NCBI GenBank assembly: GCA_000320545.1
Contig: ADNK01003454.1
Location: forward strand, 1 to 64,000
Length of the DNA: 64,000 nucleotides
Origin: Bigelowiella natans CCMP2755
Taxonomy: Eukaryota > Protista > Cercozoa
Reading direction: 5' to 3'
Each line of letters opens with the position of its first letter. The stretch's first letter is position 1. The notes beneath the pieces are model-generated. The model searched no databases. It saw only the letters and a program-made list of their open reading frames with translations, and was not told the origin of the DNA. Positions 1 to 14,450 of this stretch are shown in pieces. Both the position numbers and the translations under genes were made by a program.

Positions 1-294
1 GACAATGGAAGCACTACTACTACTACTACAACCACTACTACATACTACATGTTTATTATCATCATCATCATCAACATCATCATCATCATCATCATCATCA
101 TGTCATTCCTGCTACTACTATTATACTAGTCCTACACTACAACTACTACTACAAGTACTCTACCACCACCACCACCACCACCACCACCACCACTACCACT
201 ACCACCACCACCAACAGCAGCACCACCACCACCACCAGCAGCAGCACCAGCACCAGCACCAGCACCACCAGCAGCAGCAGCAGCACCAACACAC

Positions 295-557
295 CGTAAA
301 TCCCAAAGTCCCCAATGCAGTCCGTAACGACCGGTATGTTCTTTATAGAATTATGAAAGATTATTACAGATGATGCATGGTGTGTTATTTCAATTGATTT
401 ATTGGTGACTTTTAGTATTATTCTTAACGCAGGGTCAAACGATATTGTTTACTGCATCAATGCATTTTACCAATGTCATACTTTCACACGCACACACACA
501 CACACACACACATACGCACGCACAGTATATTAAAAACAAACATGATCAACTTGGTAT

Positions 558-590
<33 letters not shown>

Positions 591-1436
591 CCTCTGTTAT
601 AGAATCCCCCTGTGTTAAGAAGGATTGAGCCATTCCTGTATATGGAAACAACCTGTATACCAAAGAAAGAACAAACAACATTATGGCGATGATGATGATA
701 ATGATAGTGATCAGGTATGCAATGACACATACATATATACCAATATACATTCCACCTCCTACACAACACATAGTAAACGACGTATAATTATCTGTGTAAT
801 AAGCTTTTAGTTTTTAAATATAAATTTGAATAATCCCCATGTTTGATTAACTTATACAAACACAACCCATCCACACACACACAAGAGTACTACTATTACC
901 ACTACTACCACTACTACTATCATCAACCCTGTATCACTTCTTCTTATTACCTCGTGCTTTAAGAATCGAAATCTTGTGATTCCTCCCCTTTCATAGCAAC
1001 TACATATAGTGTAATATATTTAATTTCTTTTTCATCATCATTTGGATGATAGAAAATGCATATAAACAGTAGTTGGTATCTTCCTTCTCTCAAGAAACTA
1101 CTACTAAAGATATTTATTAATACACCCAACGGATTATTGCCCAATGATCGCAATCAACAACCACCACCACCACTACACCATCATCATCATTATCATAATA
1201 AAAATAATAATAATAATAATCATCATCATATTATCGACTAGCCACTACTCTGATTATTATTATACAACCCCCCCTACACTACCCCCCCTACTTAATTGAC
1301 AAATAAGCAATCAACACTAGTAGTAGTAGTAGTAGTAGTAGTGGTACCTTTGAAGATGTTCTACACCAATTCCAGTCCGAGTAATGTAGTTGAGCTGTTG
1401 CCTCGTTCTAGTATGATATGGGTATTTCAAATAGTA

Positions 1437-1471
<35 letters not shown>

Positions 1472-2606
1472 GATGATGACACATAAAAGATCATGGAAGA
1501 GAACTTAAGTAGTAGTTGGGCAATGCCAATATGCAGCTCAAACTAATCAGAATAAATCACCACAGGAATCAGCATTATCACCCTACACCATCATCTTTAC
1601 CACATTTTATAATTTTGCTGATAAATAAAAACCGAGAAAAACTTAAGGCCAAATGTGCTAATTACTCGAATTTCTACTACAAATACAGTAACGAATAAGG
1701 TCTTGAGGATGAAAGAAATGCACCCATAATTTCACCTAGATACCTACCTACCTACCATGTTCTTGCTACTACTACAACATTAAATACTACTACTAATACT
1801 ACTACTACTACTATTTTGATATGGTAGTAACTACTATTAACTACAATGGATTATGGTCGTAAGCTTCTTTATGTTTTGCTTCTAGGACAGATGCTTTTTG
1901 TTGTTGAGATGCGTGATAATTGCTGCCCTCAAAGAGCTGCTTCCACGGACCAGATTCCCAAGTTACCTACGCGTATTAATGCAAGTAGCAGCCACCAATG
2001 TGAACAACAAGGTAATGCATCAAATCGAATATAAAGAAGAGATGGGGTACGATGAAATTGGATACAAGCCAAACGTGTGCGAGTAAATACTTGAGGGGCT
2101 GCTGCGGCGTTATTAGTTTGGGCAGCGGTAGTGTCCGCAAAAGCAGTCCTGGTGCGAGCATGATGGACGGAGGGCAGGGAGGTCTTGATTCTCCCAGCAG
2201 CAGGTCCTTGATGATAGCGACTAGTAGTGCTACTACTACTGCAGAAACCGTTGATAGCTAGTAGACATATCATCGTTTGAATTATAAGTCAGAACAAACG
2301 AAACATATCATAAAAACCGTCAGTAAGTAATCATGCTTAATGAACCAATAAATGATGATTGATTCCTTCAAAAGAACATTATTGTCTGTTTTGCAATTTC
2401 AGTAAGTTGTAGTATGGAGGGCACATAACTATCTTATCAACCAATCTAGTATAATAATGGTAGGTACCATCTCCAAGTGCCAAACAAACACATACTGTAG
2501 CTAATGCTAGAGCTGGGTTGTTCCCACATATTATGCCAATCTCCCGCCGCCGCCGCGTGTGCCTGCTGCGCCCTGCCAGGCAAGGGGAGGGGTGAAGCAG
2601 CGGCAT
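295..2606 (-). CDS. Multi-exon hypothetical protein with signal peptide plus transit-peptide-like leader and a C-terminal 'LLNTGGFYNRGTYRSLRTAL' motif; continues off the left edge
   Basis: GT-AG exons join mostly in phase: MPLLHPSP...ALALATVCVCLALGD / ...AAAPQ / VTWESGPWKQLFEG...HNP / LYLGEIMGAFLSSSRPYS / TRQQLNYITRTGIGVEHLQ / SFLREGRYQLL / CYERGGITRFRFLKHE / VVSIYRNGSILLNTGGFYNRG / TYRSLRTALGTLGFT. Confidence 0.65.
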
Positions 2607-3060
2607 TGGATAGTGTTGCTAGTTATCTGTATGTTTTAAGATATTTATGGTTCTAAAAATGAACATAATAAAATTACAACAACAATAATAACAATAACAA
2701 TAACAATCAGAATCAAGAAGAAGAAGAAACATAATAAATATCGTAGGGAAACCAGTAGTAGTAGACTACCAAGAATTAAGATAAGTAAAAAAAACAACAC
2801 AAAGTATCGTTCTTCTAGTTTTCATACTAAAACATACGATAAATGACCAACAAAAAACCATCATAAAAAAGACAACAACACACAACATGTACGACAACAA
2901 ACCTTAACACTGTTAACATTTCCCGCGTAATCGAGAAGTAGAGAACGACCCAAGGGGAAGGAGGGGAGGAGAAGGATATTACGGTGCAAAGAGAGTAGCC
3001 CAGGAAAGAAAACTTAATCACGAGTAGAACTATAATTGGAACGTTGTTAAACGAAAGGGT

Positions 3061-6000
3061 ATGTCGTCCACCATAAAAGAGGCGGCCACAGGAGGTGCGG
3101 ATATCCGGAAAGAGGAGGATGCTGTTATGACGAAACATAAAGAAGAGACAGATAATGATGTGACAAAGTGTGGAACAGATGGTGATGATGTCGATGAAGG
3201 CAGCAAAATAAAGTATGAAGCAATGGATAAGACGGAACGAGAGCGCCATCATACCGAAGAAGACGACCAAGGAATGGCTCTAATGGAGGAGGAAAAACAA
3301 AGAATTGGAGAAGAGGCACATAATATTGACGCTTCACATCCCTCTCCTCAAGAGGAGAATGGAAAGGCAGATTTGAATGAAGGTCCTCACAAGAATAACT
3401 GCGATCCGCAGTTAATGACGCAGGAGCAGCAACAAATGGAGGAGGGAAAACAACAGCAAATAATAATACAGAATAAGGCACAGAGCCAACAACAGGAAAT
3501 GATACAAAGAGAAACACAAGCTTCAAATCAGAAATCATCAAGCATTTATTCCTTTAAGTTGTCGTCGTCATCCCTATCTCGCAACGTTGCAAACCAGAAT
3601 GGATCAGTAGGTATGTTGATCATGGGGTTGTTGTTGTTCTTGTTGTTGCATTATATTCTGCAAATGTCCACGATATATCAATACGTGAGTAGTTGTTGTT
3701 CTTGTTGTTGCATTATTCTGCAAATGTCCACGATATCAATACGTGAGTAAACAATTGTTGTTGCATAATTCTACAAATATCTACGATAATAAAACGTGAG
3801 TAAACAACCCCCCCTTAGTAATAATACGTGAGTAAACAAACCCCCCTTGGTTTAGTACCAATTTCCCTCCTCCACCTCCTCTACCAAAGCACACAAACCG
3901 AGATAGAAATAGAGGAAGGAGAAGATACAAAGAAAGAAAGGAAGAGAGAGGGGGGGGGCGAGGGGGAGGAGATAGAGAAAAGGAGATGTTATTCCAGAAT
4001 TGAATGGCCAAAAGTACTATAATCTTTAAAGTATATGTTATATATAACATGATATTTTTTCTTTGAAACTACCATATGTCACTCACATTAAAAATAATTT
4101 TAGAGCACGATAAGATGATGCATCAAGCTGGGAAATTACCTCCAAGCAAGCAGCCATGCCAGCAAGAAAATATTGAGAAGCTGGACAATGAAAGTCAAAA
4201 TTGGATTATTTTCGATCGATTCATACGCGTGACTAAATCAAACCTGCAGTCGTATCTTGTGAATGAAGCTGGGTTATCTAAGAAGAAAACCACGTCGTTA
4301 CTAAATACTTTGATGGAACAGCAGCAGCAGCACCATGTTATGTACAAACCGTACCAAAGTTCTGCTTGCGTACAACACTTCTCCAAGGTAATGAGCGGTG
4401 GTCAATTTTATTAGTAAGGAGAAATTATCATCTATATCACGATGTCATTATCATATTTATTACTCATACACATCTTATGATGGGTCAGATAGGGAGGAGA
4501 GGGGGGGGGATAAAATAGATAAAAAAAAAAAAGAGCAGATTTGCTGCTAATTCTTCCTTCTATATAAGTAAAAATGAGTAGTGAGATACGTAATACACAA
4601 CTGGTGGTGTCCTGTCCTGTTGTCCAACATTATACCCAGATGTGTAAGTTTGAATTATTCTTTGCGTCGTCTATATGTTCATAATAAATCATTTTTGGGT
4701 TGTATTGATATCAGTCCTCCTTCTCTTCTTCCTGTAAACAACCCTAATAATGTTGTTAGGTGTTATATGAGCACTACCTTTCCAATGGAGGTCAAGGATG
4801 CTCATTTCCAAATTCTCTGCTTCTCAAACGACGAGCTGCTACTCCAGTACGAGTATTCTCTCATCACGACATACTAGGAGCCACCACGCAAATGGGCAAG
4901 ATACCTTTACCACATGGATTTAGAGGACCAAAAGCTATGGCAGTGTATGATGAGATGTTACTCGTGCCGACTCCTCGAAAACAATCATCATCATCATCTT
5001 CCATAAAAACTAATAATATTGATGATGATGATGATGATGACGATGATATCAAAAATGATGATGGCCAGAATAAGAATTCAAATAGTACCACGCAAAAGAG
5101 CAGGAGCAATGATACATCTGAAGGAAGGGACGAAACAGCACGCAATGATAATAGGAAAAATGAAGAAGAAGAAGAAGAAGAGGAAGAGGAGGAGGAGGAA
5201 GTACAAACAGTGGTTGGTACTACCACTATTACTTCTTCTATGGATGCAGCAAGCACTTCCAACAACATCGAGGACGAGAACGAAGATGATAACGAAGAAC
5301 ACGATGACGGTGATGATGACGATGATGACGACGATGGTGATGATGACATTAAAAGCAAATTATCGAGGGAAAGGAGCCTGGGTCCTCCTCTTTCCAAAGA
5401 AAACGGGAAAATAAAGAATCTAGACGAAGTTTCATCAGATACAAAAAGAACAACAACAACAACAAGAAGAAGAAATTATGGCACTACTACAACAACAAGT
5501 ACTACTACTACTACAACTACTGCACGTAGTGCGACAGACGATGCTCGTAAAAATGGAGAAAGAAACAGTAAAAGAGCAGGCGCAGCGAAGGACACTGATG
5601 GCAGTAGAAATTCGTTGAAAAGAAGAAGAAAAACCAGTATCAGGACAAAAGAAAAAGAGGAGGAAGATGAGAGAGGAGGTAGTATATTATTATTCTTGGC
5701 TTGGTGGCAAGTTTATATTACATAACCAATCTTGGTGATTGCCGTTACCAGTGTTATTTATATATAGTGTGCTTCAACGACTATGTAGTAGTACAATCAG
5801 CATTAGTTTGTTTTACTGCTAGCTACTACAAGTTTCCCCTTTCATTTTTATTCTTTTAACTATTTGCATCACTCATATCAACAACTCATTGCAGATTCAT
5901 TGAGTCCTCAAAAAACAGTCTTGGTTCCTTCCTCTTCCAACACAAACAATCTCCTAGTACGAGTCAATTTTCAAGCCGAAGATGGGACACATATCACAGG

Positions 6001-6733
6001 TATGATGTAGTAGTAGTAGAGAAAATGAATATATGAGAATGATAATGACGATGATGATGATGATGATGACCATGAAACAGAAACTCCAAAATGCAGTTGA
6101 TTCATACGGAAGAGATGCTACTTACCCAAAATAAAGTGAATGCTGCTGAATATTAGCTTGCTAATCTCATAATAAAAACGGTAGATTGTATGGGAATGCC
6201 TCATCATCATCATCATCATCATCGTCATCATCATCATCATAATAGATTGTATGGTAAAATGGGAGGAAAAACGGAAGACAATAAGCCAGAAGAAGCAGAA
6301 TAACAAGTACAAGAAAAACCAAGGCTCTATAGCTGGTGGTGGTGGTAATGTTGTAGAGTACTCGAGGAAGAAGCAGCATTTGTCGTATTCTCCATCCTCC
6401 TTATTGCCACCAATTGCACAGCTGCATTTCTCTATTCCAGCCTTTAATGATTTACAACAAGCTATTGGGAAAAAGGAGGAGGAGGCCAAAGATAAGGTGA
6501 TGCATGCATGCATACATACTAGACTTGGGGATAATAGTAGTAATAATAATAATAATAATAATAATTGTAATTTTCATAATCATACTACTATAATCACCAT
6601 TGTTGTGCTATCGTCTCTCTCTTCTTCAGTAGAGTTAGTTTAACCATATTGTTATTCACGGTATAATTCTGTACTACTACTACTACTACTACTACTACTA
6701 TCAGAAGTAGTGAACATGGCGACGTGTGCATGC

Positions 6734-6769
<36 letters not shown>

Positions 6770-7217
6770 ACACTGTTCTTCACAATACCAATCTAATATT
6801 AAACTACTTTAGCATGGTTCTTCTTCCTCATCCCCGGAAGTATTAACAACTAGTACAACTACAACAACCTGGGTTCAATGTGACAAATGCAACAAATGGA
6901 GACGGATAGGAGGAGGAGTATTGGCGGTGAAACAGCAGCAAGAAGATGAGAATGATGACCAAATTGAGTAATATTATTCAAAACACGAAAGCTACTACTA
7001 CTACTACTACTACTACTACTATCATTGCTCTTTTTCTTTTTCTTCTTCTCATTACACACAATCAATGCACTACTACTGCAATAATTATCTTAAAAGTAAG
7101 GTAATAAGGAGTAATTATGAATTAGTCGATGAATTAATTTGAGAAGAAGCAAATATCTTCTCTTATTTTGCTACAAAGGAGGCTATTCATTGTGTGTATA
7201 ATGTATATATGTTGTAA

Positions 7218-7276
<59 letters not shown>

Positions 7277-8099
7277 TGCGTGCAATTATTCCTATAATAA
7301 CATATGGAAGGCAATGGCTGAGCGATTGTATTACAAACCACAGCTCCATCTTCCTTTAATGCTTTTCATATTAAAGCTGCTTAAACAGATGTGATGGTTG
7401 TGTGCTAATGTGTGCTGGTGATGATGATGGTACATATACAGGTGGCAATGTTCATATGCGGGTAGAACATGTGAAGAGGATGAAGATGTTGAAGACGAGG
7501 TAGAAGTAATAGTAAGTAGTAGTAATAGTATTTGTAGCAGTATGCGTGTTGTTGTTGTACTACTGGTTCTTAATGCAAGGAGCTACTAGTATCGATAATT
7601 AATATAATGCCAATTTTGATACAATAATTATGATGATGCTACGAATTTTGATTTTCATTCGTGTTAGCCTACTATCATTAGCATCATCATGTTTTATATT
7701 TGGAATAATAATAACACATTGTAGGATGAAGAAGAAGTCGTCCGTAGTAGCCATCATGTGGTTGAGGATGATGACAACGGTGGTGGTGATGACAACGACA
7801 CAGCAGCAGCAGCAGCAGCAGCAACAGACAAGACGAAAAGCCGTAGCAGAAAAAATAGAATGGGAAGAGCCCAGAGTGCTAGTAGCAATAGTAAGAAAAA
7901 GAGGGTTAAAAGAGATAATCGTGCGAGGAGACGAGAGAAGAGGGAGAAAGAAGCGCAAGAAGAATACAACAAACAGGCAGTAGACATCAACCAACTAAAT
8001 CACAAGCAGAAAAAGCAGAGTAACAAGAAGAATAAAAGGAAAGCGGAAGAACCAAAACACGACAATATCTCAGGCTCTGATCGGAAATATCCAAAGTAT

Positions 8100-8134
<35 letters not shown>

Positions 8135-8286
8135 TACTTCTAATACTACTACATATGCATCACAAGTGCTAATGCTGTAGCTCCCAATAATGGTTACTTT
8201 TCCGTATGCATGTCATTATCATATATACATGTTTATCGTATTTCTCGTATCTATATCCGTAGAGAACGAAAGGGAGGGGGTGAGGG

Positions 8287-8338
<52 letters not shown>

Positions 8339-9050
8339 GAGGCGGGTGGGGGGAGGGGGGGGATGGGGGAGGGGGGGGGTATTAATAACACACCATGAAT
8401 CATGCCAACCATGATGATTGTATGCAGCTTACTTATTGGTAAAACCGAGTGTATATTGCGGCAATTTCTGTTCTTGCATTTTTTTCAGATAGATAATCTT
8501 ATTATTTGTTGTTATCAGGAGAAAGCGTGTGCGTCGAACATCTCTTGATCCAAGCCCTGCAAAGAAAAATATAATTGGAGATAACGATGCCGAGCATGCA
8601 AACAACAAACTAAGCAGCAGCCCAAGCAATGGTAGATAATAAAGAGGAACGCAGTAGAAAATGAAGAAAATCTTGCTCCTCAATATTATGCAACTATGTA
8701 CGCGTACCAAAAGAAAACCCTGAGATAATAAATCACAAACATTAAAAAGAAATAATGCATAGAGAAGAGACCACTGGGTAGAAGGATAGTAGCTTGTTTT
8801 CCTTGTTATGTGAAAATAATAATGAAATTCATTTCCTCTTATGTGGATGCACGTCTTAGGGACACTAACTTTGAAAATTAAAACGAAGACAAAGAAAAAG
8901 GGAATAAAGCATCTATCGCCAAAACCAAACCTTAAAATCAAGTTCTTACCAAGCAAGAACCTACAACCAGCTAGTAGTTCGGAAGAGACACATTCATTAA
9001 ACCGAAATGTAAGGAGAAAGTATGCCAGGAGAGGTTCAAATACAAGTTGA
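3061..9050 (+). CDS. Large multi-exon low-complexity (acidic/basic) hypothetical protein; exon structure uncertain
   Basis: Long + strand ORFs at 3061-3610, 4100-4387, 4760-5680 and 7720-8070 are flanked by AG/GT and separated by microsatellite-rich introns. No recognisable domain. Confidence 0.45.
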
Positions 9051-10634
9051 AAATAGTATGGATACAACAAAGGAGTTCGTAGCAGCAGCAGCCGCAGCAG
9101 TTTCGAGACTCAGATATGCTCGTTTTCTAACCTTTCTATCCATTATGTATTTATAGAACTCACTGGGTGCTGCACATACACTGGACATATTCTTAGAATA
9201 TTCTTCTACATAGCTATAATGTGCATTTGATCATAACATTTAATATCTTATCATGTCGTCATAAGATGAGGATAAGCCCATCGTATCATTCATGAATGAC
9301 ATATGACGAATTGGCTCCTTAAAGTCGAAAATTTGGATACAGATGCGCATTTCATTGTATGTGCGCTTACATTGTTATCTTTCCATGTAAGTTTGCATTA
9401 TTACTGAGGTAGCATAAGCAGATTCACCGCTGACCTGCTGTTAATCTATCATGTCTCTTATGTTAAGCTAATATGCATTTGTAATCTAATTTAATAAGAA
9501 GTTGGTGGTTTCTAAATAACTAAATCTATTGCATGCATGCGCTTGAAAGAGATTTGTCGTTGCTATCAAAATAATCTAAGTTTTTATTTTTTGCTTCTAA
9601 ATATATACCTACACAATGAAAGATATTCAGATTAACATAGTATCACAAGAAAATGTAGAACAGGGGAAGTAGTAGGCATTGATATGGTTGAAAATTCACA
9701 AAATAACAACAAAATAAATTTGGAGCTTCATATGTGTTCTTGTTTGTGTGCGTGCGTGTATGTTTGTGTGTGTGTGTGTGTGTGTGTGTAATTGTGTAAT
9801 AAGAAAATGATATATTGATTTGTTGAAATATTAAAGCCTTTATAGATAGCTTCTAAATAATATTTGTATTCTAAATGCGTAGAGTAGCGAAAGAAACTTA
9901 GAAATATAATCTTTCTTCAAATTTTGTAGGGAGTTTCTTATTTCAGTGAATTTGAACTTTCGTTGTTCTGTTGATTTTAAATATTTTACCTCGAAACGAT
10001 TAATTTAAGTTCATAACAGTTAATATTACATTAAAATACAATAAATAATTTACAGTGATTGTACAGACCAAGTGTTAAATATGTTTTTAAACGTTAAACT
10101 ACACTAAATTAAGAGTTGCAATTTTTTGGGAAATATTTTGCCACAATGTCGCATCATACTTTTTACTTGATACAATATTAAAATCGAGATGATTGATATA
10201 TACTGTAATTTTGCTTTGCTCGAAGAATGATTCATCAATAACATTGAATCCATATTTGATAAATAAAAGGACAGCGGTGAGGCAGCAGTACTCTCAATTT
10301 CAATTAATCTTGAATTTAAGAGTAGCGGGATGTGATATACGTAATAATATTGTATACAACAACGATATCATTGTTGACAATTGACATTCATAATTAGCGT
10401 TATACGAATTGCAGCGTCAATACATGTAAAGCTATCAGGTGTTTGTTTGTTATAGTATCAATTTTTCCTCGTTAGATATAATGTACTATTTGAATACATT
10501 CTCAAGTTGTGCTTAAGGAAACTATATCTCAATTTCAATTCCAAGTTGACAGAGGCAGCTCTTGAGCGAGTAAAAATAATACCATTAGCATCTTCCTTCT
10601 TAATTATACGAAATGCTAAATTTTTAGAAAGCCA

Positions 10635-11130
10635 TCATGCCGCTCTGATAAGCTTTGGATTAGCACGATCCCGGCAGTTGAGGTCAACTGTTCCATCCTT
10701 ATTAAGTCGTTCAACTTTGGCATCCACCCACTGCATTTAATTCCATACGTTTATTGCAGCGGATGAGTTTCTCGTTCGCAAAATGGTAATGAAAAAAACA
10801 AATACAGCAAAAATCTATAGAGTACAAATTTAGGCGGTTAAAGAGCTTAAAATGAATCAATCAGGATCCGCTCATTGACAGATTGTAATATTTAAATGTT
10901 GGTATTGAAATACCTTGTTGAATGTCGCAGATTTATACTGAACATTTTGACCAACATAGAATCCATCCGCTGATTATGTTTAGAGACAAAATTACCCTTT
11001 TTTTATTCATTTTTGTTCAAACCTTCAATAAAAAACCTTCTACTTGAACTATAATCTCTCATACAACAATTCTAATCCACAACAAGGGTGGATGTGCAAT
11101 GCTATTTATTTCCTCTTTATTAAATACTGG

Positions 11131-11178
<48 letters not shown>

Positions 11179-12736
11179 TGTACATAAATACTTTTTTCTT
11201 TAATATATATTTAAGACGGCATTTTTTTAAGTTTGATGTGCTATTTGACGTAAGAAAAAACACACATTCTTGATGTTTCGATCATAGTAACATACGCAAT
11301 TCGTTTTTATACAAAAAAAATCGTACGAGAAACTTCTTTCTTTTTCCCAAAGCCAAAAAAATTTGAAAATTGAGTCCTAATTGATGATGTAAATTATATT
11401 GTGAGCTTATTTTTATGGTTTTCTCTCCAATAAAAACCATCGCAACATGCACATAGAATACTTCAACTTTTACACATACATACACATATATATCTATGTT
11501 TCTACTTTAGATTGCATAGATATAATGGATATTCTGAGGAGTTAATATTCAACAATTTCTAGAAGTAACAAAGGCATGATTAAAGTCAACATAATATCTG
11601 AGGACATGCATATTAGCACTTCTTTCCATAGTATGCGAGTTAATGAAGTTAAAAAAAATAGATCTAAATATTTTGTCCATAAGTATTCATATGTTTGTTT
11701 ATTCAGAATGATTTCGTTGATGATATTTATTATATTATGCGTTCTAAAATCACCACCACATCACATATTACATGGGATCTGCAGCGTTTTCGTCGACGTA
11801 ACTGAGATTTTAGTGATAAGGTGAATAAAAGGGCAAGAATAGCAAGGGAAGGGAAAAGAAAGAAGAGAAATAAAAAAGTAAGTGTCGATCAGAGCTAGGA
11901 GGTGTGGATGGGAGAGAAAGAAGAAAAGAGGAAGAAAATAAGGGAGGGAAGGAAGGAGGGAGGGATTAAATCATCTGAAAAATACATATCTCATATTGCA
12001 TAAAATTTTAATCAAAGTTGATGATATTTCATTGGTGTTTTCAAATGTATGTGAATAAGCATCTCTACTTGTGGTATAATAATGCTTTAGCACATGGTTG
12101 AAAGCTTGTCAATACTGCGAATATTTCTACTTCTATTACCCGCTTTCGACATATTCTCCTTTTACATCAACCTATCAATTTAAGAGGACTATTTTAGAAA
12201 AATTGAAGTATGATGTGGCTCATTTTCATCACTTTTTTGTTGAGCTATACTATGTTGTTTATTTTTATCAATGTGCATGTGATATCAAAATAAGAAATAT
12301 GTAAGTAAGAGCAACTCTACAACCGCCACTAGACTATCAGCAATTCATTACAAAGTTTTTGAAGAAGTTTGTTGATGTCCCTGCAGCTTTCTTAAAGAGT
12401 TGGTCTTGAGCCAACCGTTTGCACTCGTAGCCTGTGATGCCTGTTTGAAGTATCTAGTGAATTGTGCAAACATCTAAATTTTTAAGTTGCTGGTGGGAGA
12501 AATTTAAAAATGTGGAACATATGTGAAGTTCCTTTCATAGTAAATTTGCTATTTGCTGATATATGAAATAGAACCATCTCCAACTCGATCTGCAATCTTT
12601 TGCCAATATGCATCACCAGATCTGTGACGATTATTCGCGTCGAGGTTGAAAGACATTAAGGAAGTTCGGCGCAAAATTTAGCAAAGCTTTTTCGTTTCCG
12701 TAATTTGTTATTTTATTTTTGTCCTTCTTCTCCCAT

Positions 12737-12811
<75 letters not shown>

Positions 12812-13643
12812 ATGTGTATGTGTGTTGTGTGCATTCATTTTGTCCCTTTCGAGCTATCTGCAGAATATATGAACGTTGCAGCGTATGTATGAAGCTAGAT
12901 TACATTGCACTGTGCTATTCAAACAACTACCCGGATTTAACTTCCTTGCGAGCTTTTAAGAAGCGTGATATCTTTGATATGATACAGAAATGTAAATATA
13001 TGATGTGCTATCATGAATAAACCATGTGTTTCAACTCAATGCATAACACAATTGGTAAAACACATTGCAAACCGCACATTTCTCGCATATTTTTCTTTTT
13101 TCTGATGCAGTATAAGAAGGTAGTCGTAGTACTAGTTTCTCCTCCTTTCAGATAAGGGATCTTGCAAGAATGTGTGAAGGCATTATACCATCACACTACT
13201 TACTACTACTATCTTTATTACTATTACACCTAATACTAAGTGTAGTTTTGCTAGTATGATACCTGAGCATCGGTGAAGGCGATCTTGCCATCGTCAAGCT
13301 GTGCTAAACATTTCACGTTTCTATCGTCGATGTTGCTAGTAGTGCGTAGTAGTTGTTGGGTTTTGTAAAGCTCGGAGCCAGAGCGGTCTATTTGTTGCTG
13401 TACAGTGTGAAGTTGTGCTGAATATAGCCCCCCTGGTCTTAGAAACGAAGATGATGGGGTCAGCTGCCGCTGTCCTCTCCCCGAGACGATGCTGCTATGT
13501 GCAAGCATCGAATTGTGGGATAATGAAGATGATGTTACACCTAGACAGACAAATGCGACTGCAGCCAGGAGTAATACTGTATATTTTGTGACAATGCGGT
13601 TTGGAACTCTGGATTTTGAGAAGGGGGAGGCGGAGAATGTCAT
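10635..13643 (-). CDS. Protein with bipartite (signal + transit-like) leader, a SANT/Myb-like helix domain and a C-terminal Tudor/Agenet-like SH3-fold domain
   Basis: In-phase exons 13643-13263, 12971-12931, 12621-12575, 12440-12352 and five more give MTFSASPFSKSRVPNRIVTKYTVLLLAAVAFVCLG...AFTDAQISRFLKARKEVKSGSGDAYWQKIADRVGDGITGYECKRLAQ...VDVKGEYVESGYVDENAADPMTQFSNFFGFGKKKEVSPDGFYVGQNVQYKSATFNKWVDAKVERLNKDGTVDLNCRDRANPKLIRAA*. TGA at 10635-10637. Confidence 0.65.
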
Positions 13644-13884
13644 GTCTGTGTCGCAGGTGTAGACAATCTGTTCGAGTGGCAGCAGGGGGACTGGGGTGTT
13701 GAGGCGACGTTCCATCAGAAAGCGAAAAAATGCCTCTAAACCAAAGCTACGACAATCCAAAATAGTGGCATGAAATGCGCTTGACAAAATGCAAAATGTA
13801 CCAGTTAGTCATGTTGTCCGGATTACGACATGAAAGATTCCATGTCGCAGGAGAAATACACAGAACATTTTTGCGGTCGTACTG

Positions 13885-14135
13885 ATCCGTGTGGACGTGG
13901 CTGTCAGGAAGCAGGAAGTTCCTGCTCAGGATGGATGCATTGCGTCGCCGTCACTTGGCTGCTAGTTGTGATGCATTCAATGTGTGGTTTGTACCAATTT
14001 GCACGAACTCCGCTGGTTTGCTAGTCAGTTCTCACTGAGACCAGTTCGAGGCACTGCATTTCGCACATTGCAAGTGCCTTGTCTCCAACACTCAGGAAAC
14101 GTGGTTTTTCAAAATTGTTCTCATTGTTCTCAAAA
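13885..14135 (+). mobile_element. Degenerate 3' end of a non-LTR retrotransposon, same family as 47656-48660
   Basis: Encodes RVDVAVRK..FLLRMDALRRRHLAA, compared with RVDMAFRKFLLRVEVLRRQNFAA at 47.9 and 48.5 kb. 14015-14130 is the diverged reverse complement of 48310-48430 (shared ccagttcgaggcactgcatt) and ends in cattgtt-type tail units. Confidence 0.8.
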
Positions 14136-14450
14136 GGATGTGAGGAACGAAAGGATCCCTACGTTCAAAGCCCTCCATGAGAGTTTCAGGGTTTGCACAA
14201 ATAACAGAAGCCTGACCAGTTCCAAGGTTGAAACCGTTCTGCGAACTGCTGTGCGCTCCAGCGCTGGCACAACTGGACAAGCGCGCACAACGTGCACAGC
14301 ACCGTGATCACGTGCACGTGACATGTCAATCGTGGTCACGCACGCAACAGCCAAAATCATGTGCTCATGCTTGCGCGGGTGCAACGCTTTGCACTTTGAA
14401 GCACACACGCGAAGCGAGAGCACAACGCATTGGATGGACGACGGCTGGTG

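Noticed and set aside
5-373. Poly-His/Gln ORF and similar homopolymeric ORFs (YIYI, CVCV, ERER, LSLS) across the window
   Set aside because: Translations of intronic microsatellites, often antisense to the reconstructed genes.
13131-13160. Candidate extra exon IPYLKGGET in the SANT/Tudor-like gene
   Set aside because: It breaks the phase that yields the SANT-like domain; the 12971-12931 exon fits directly.
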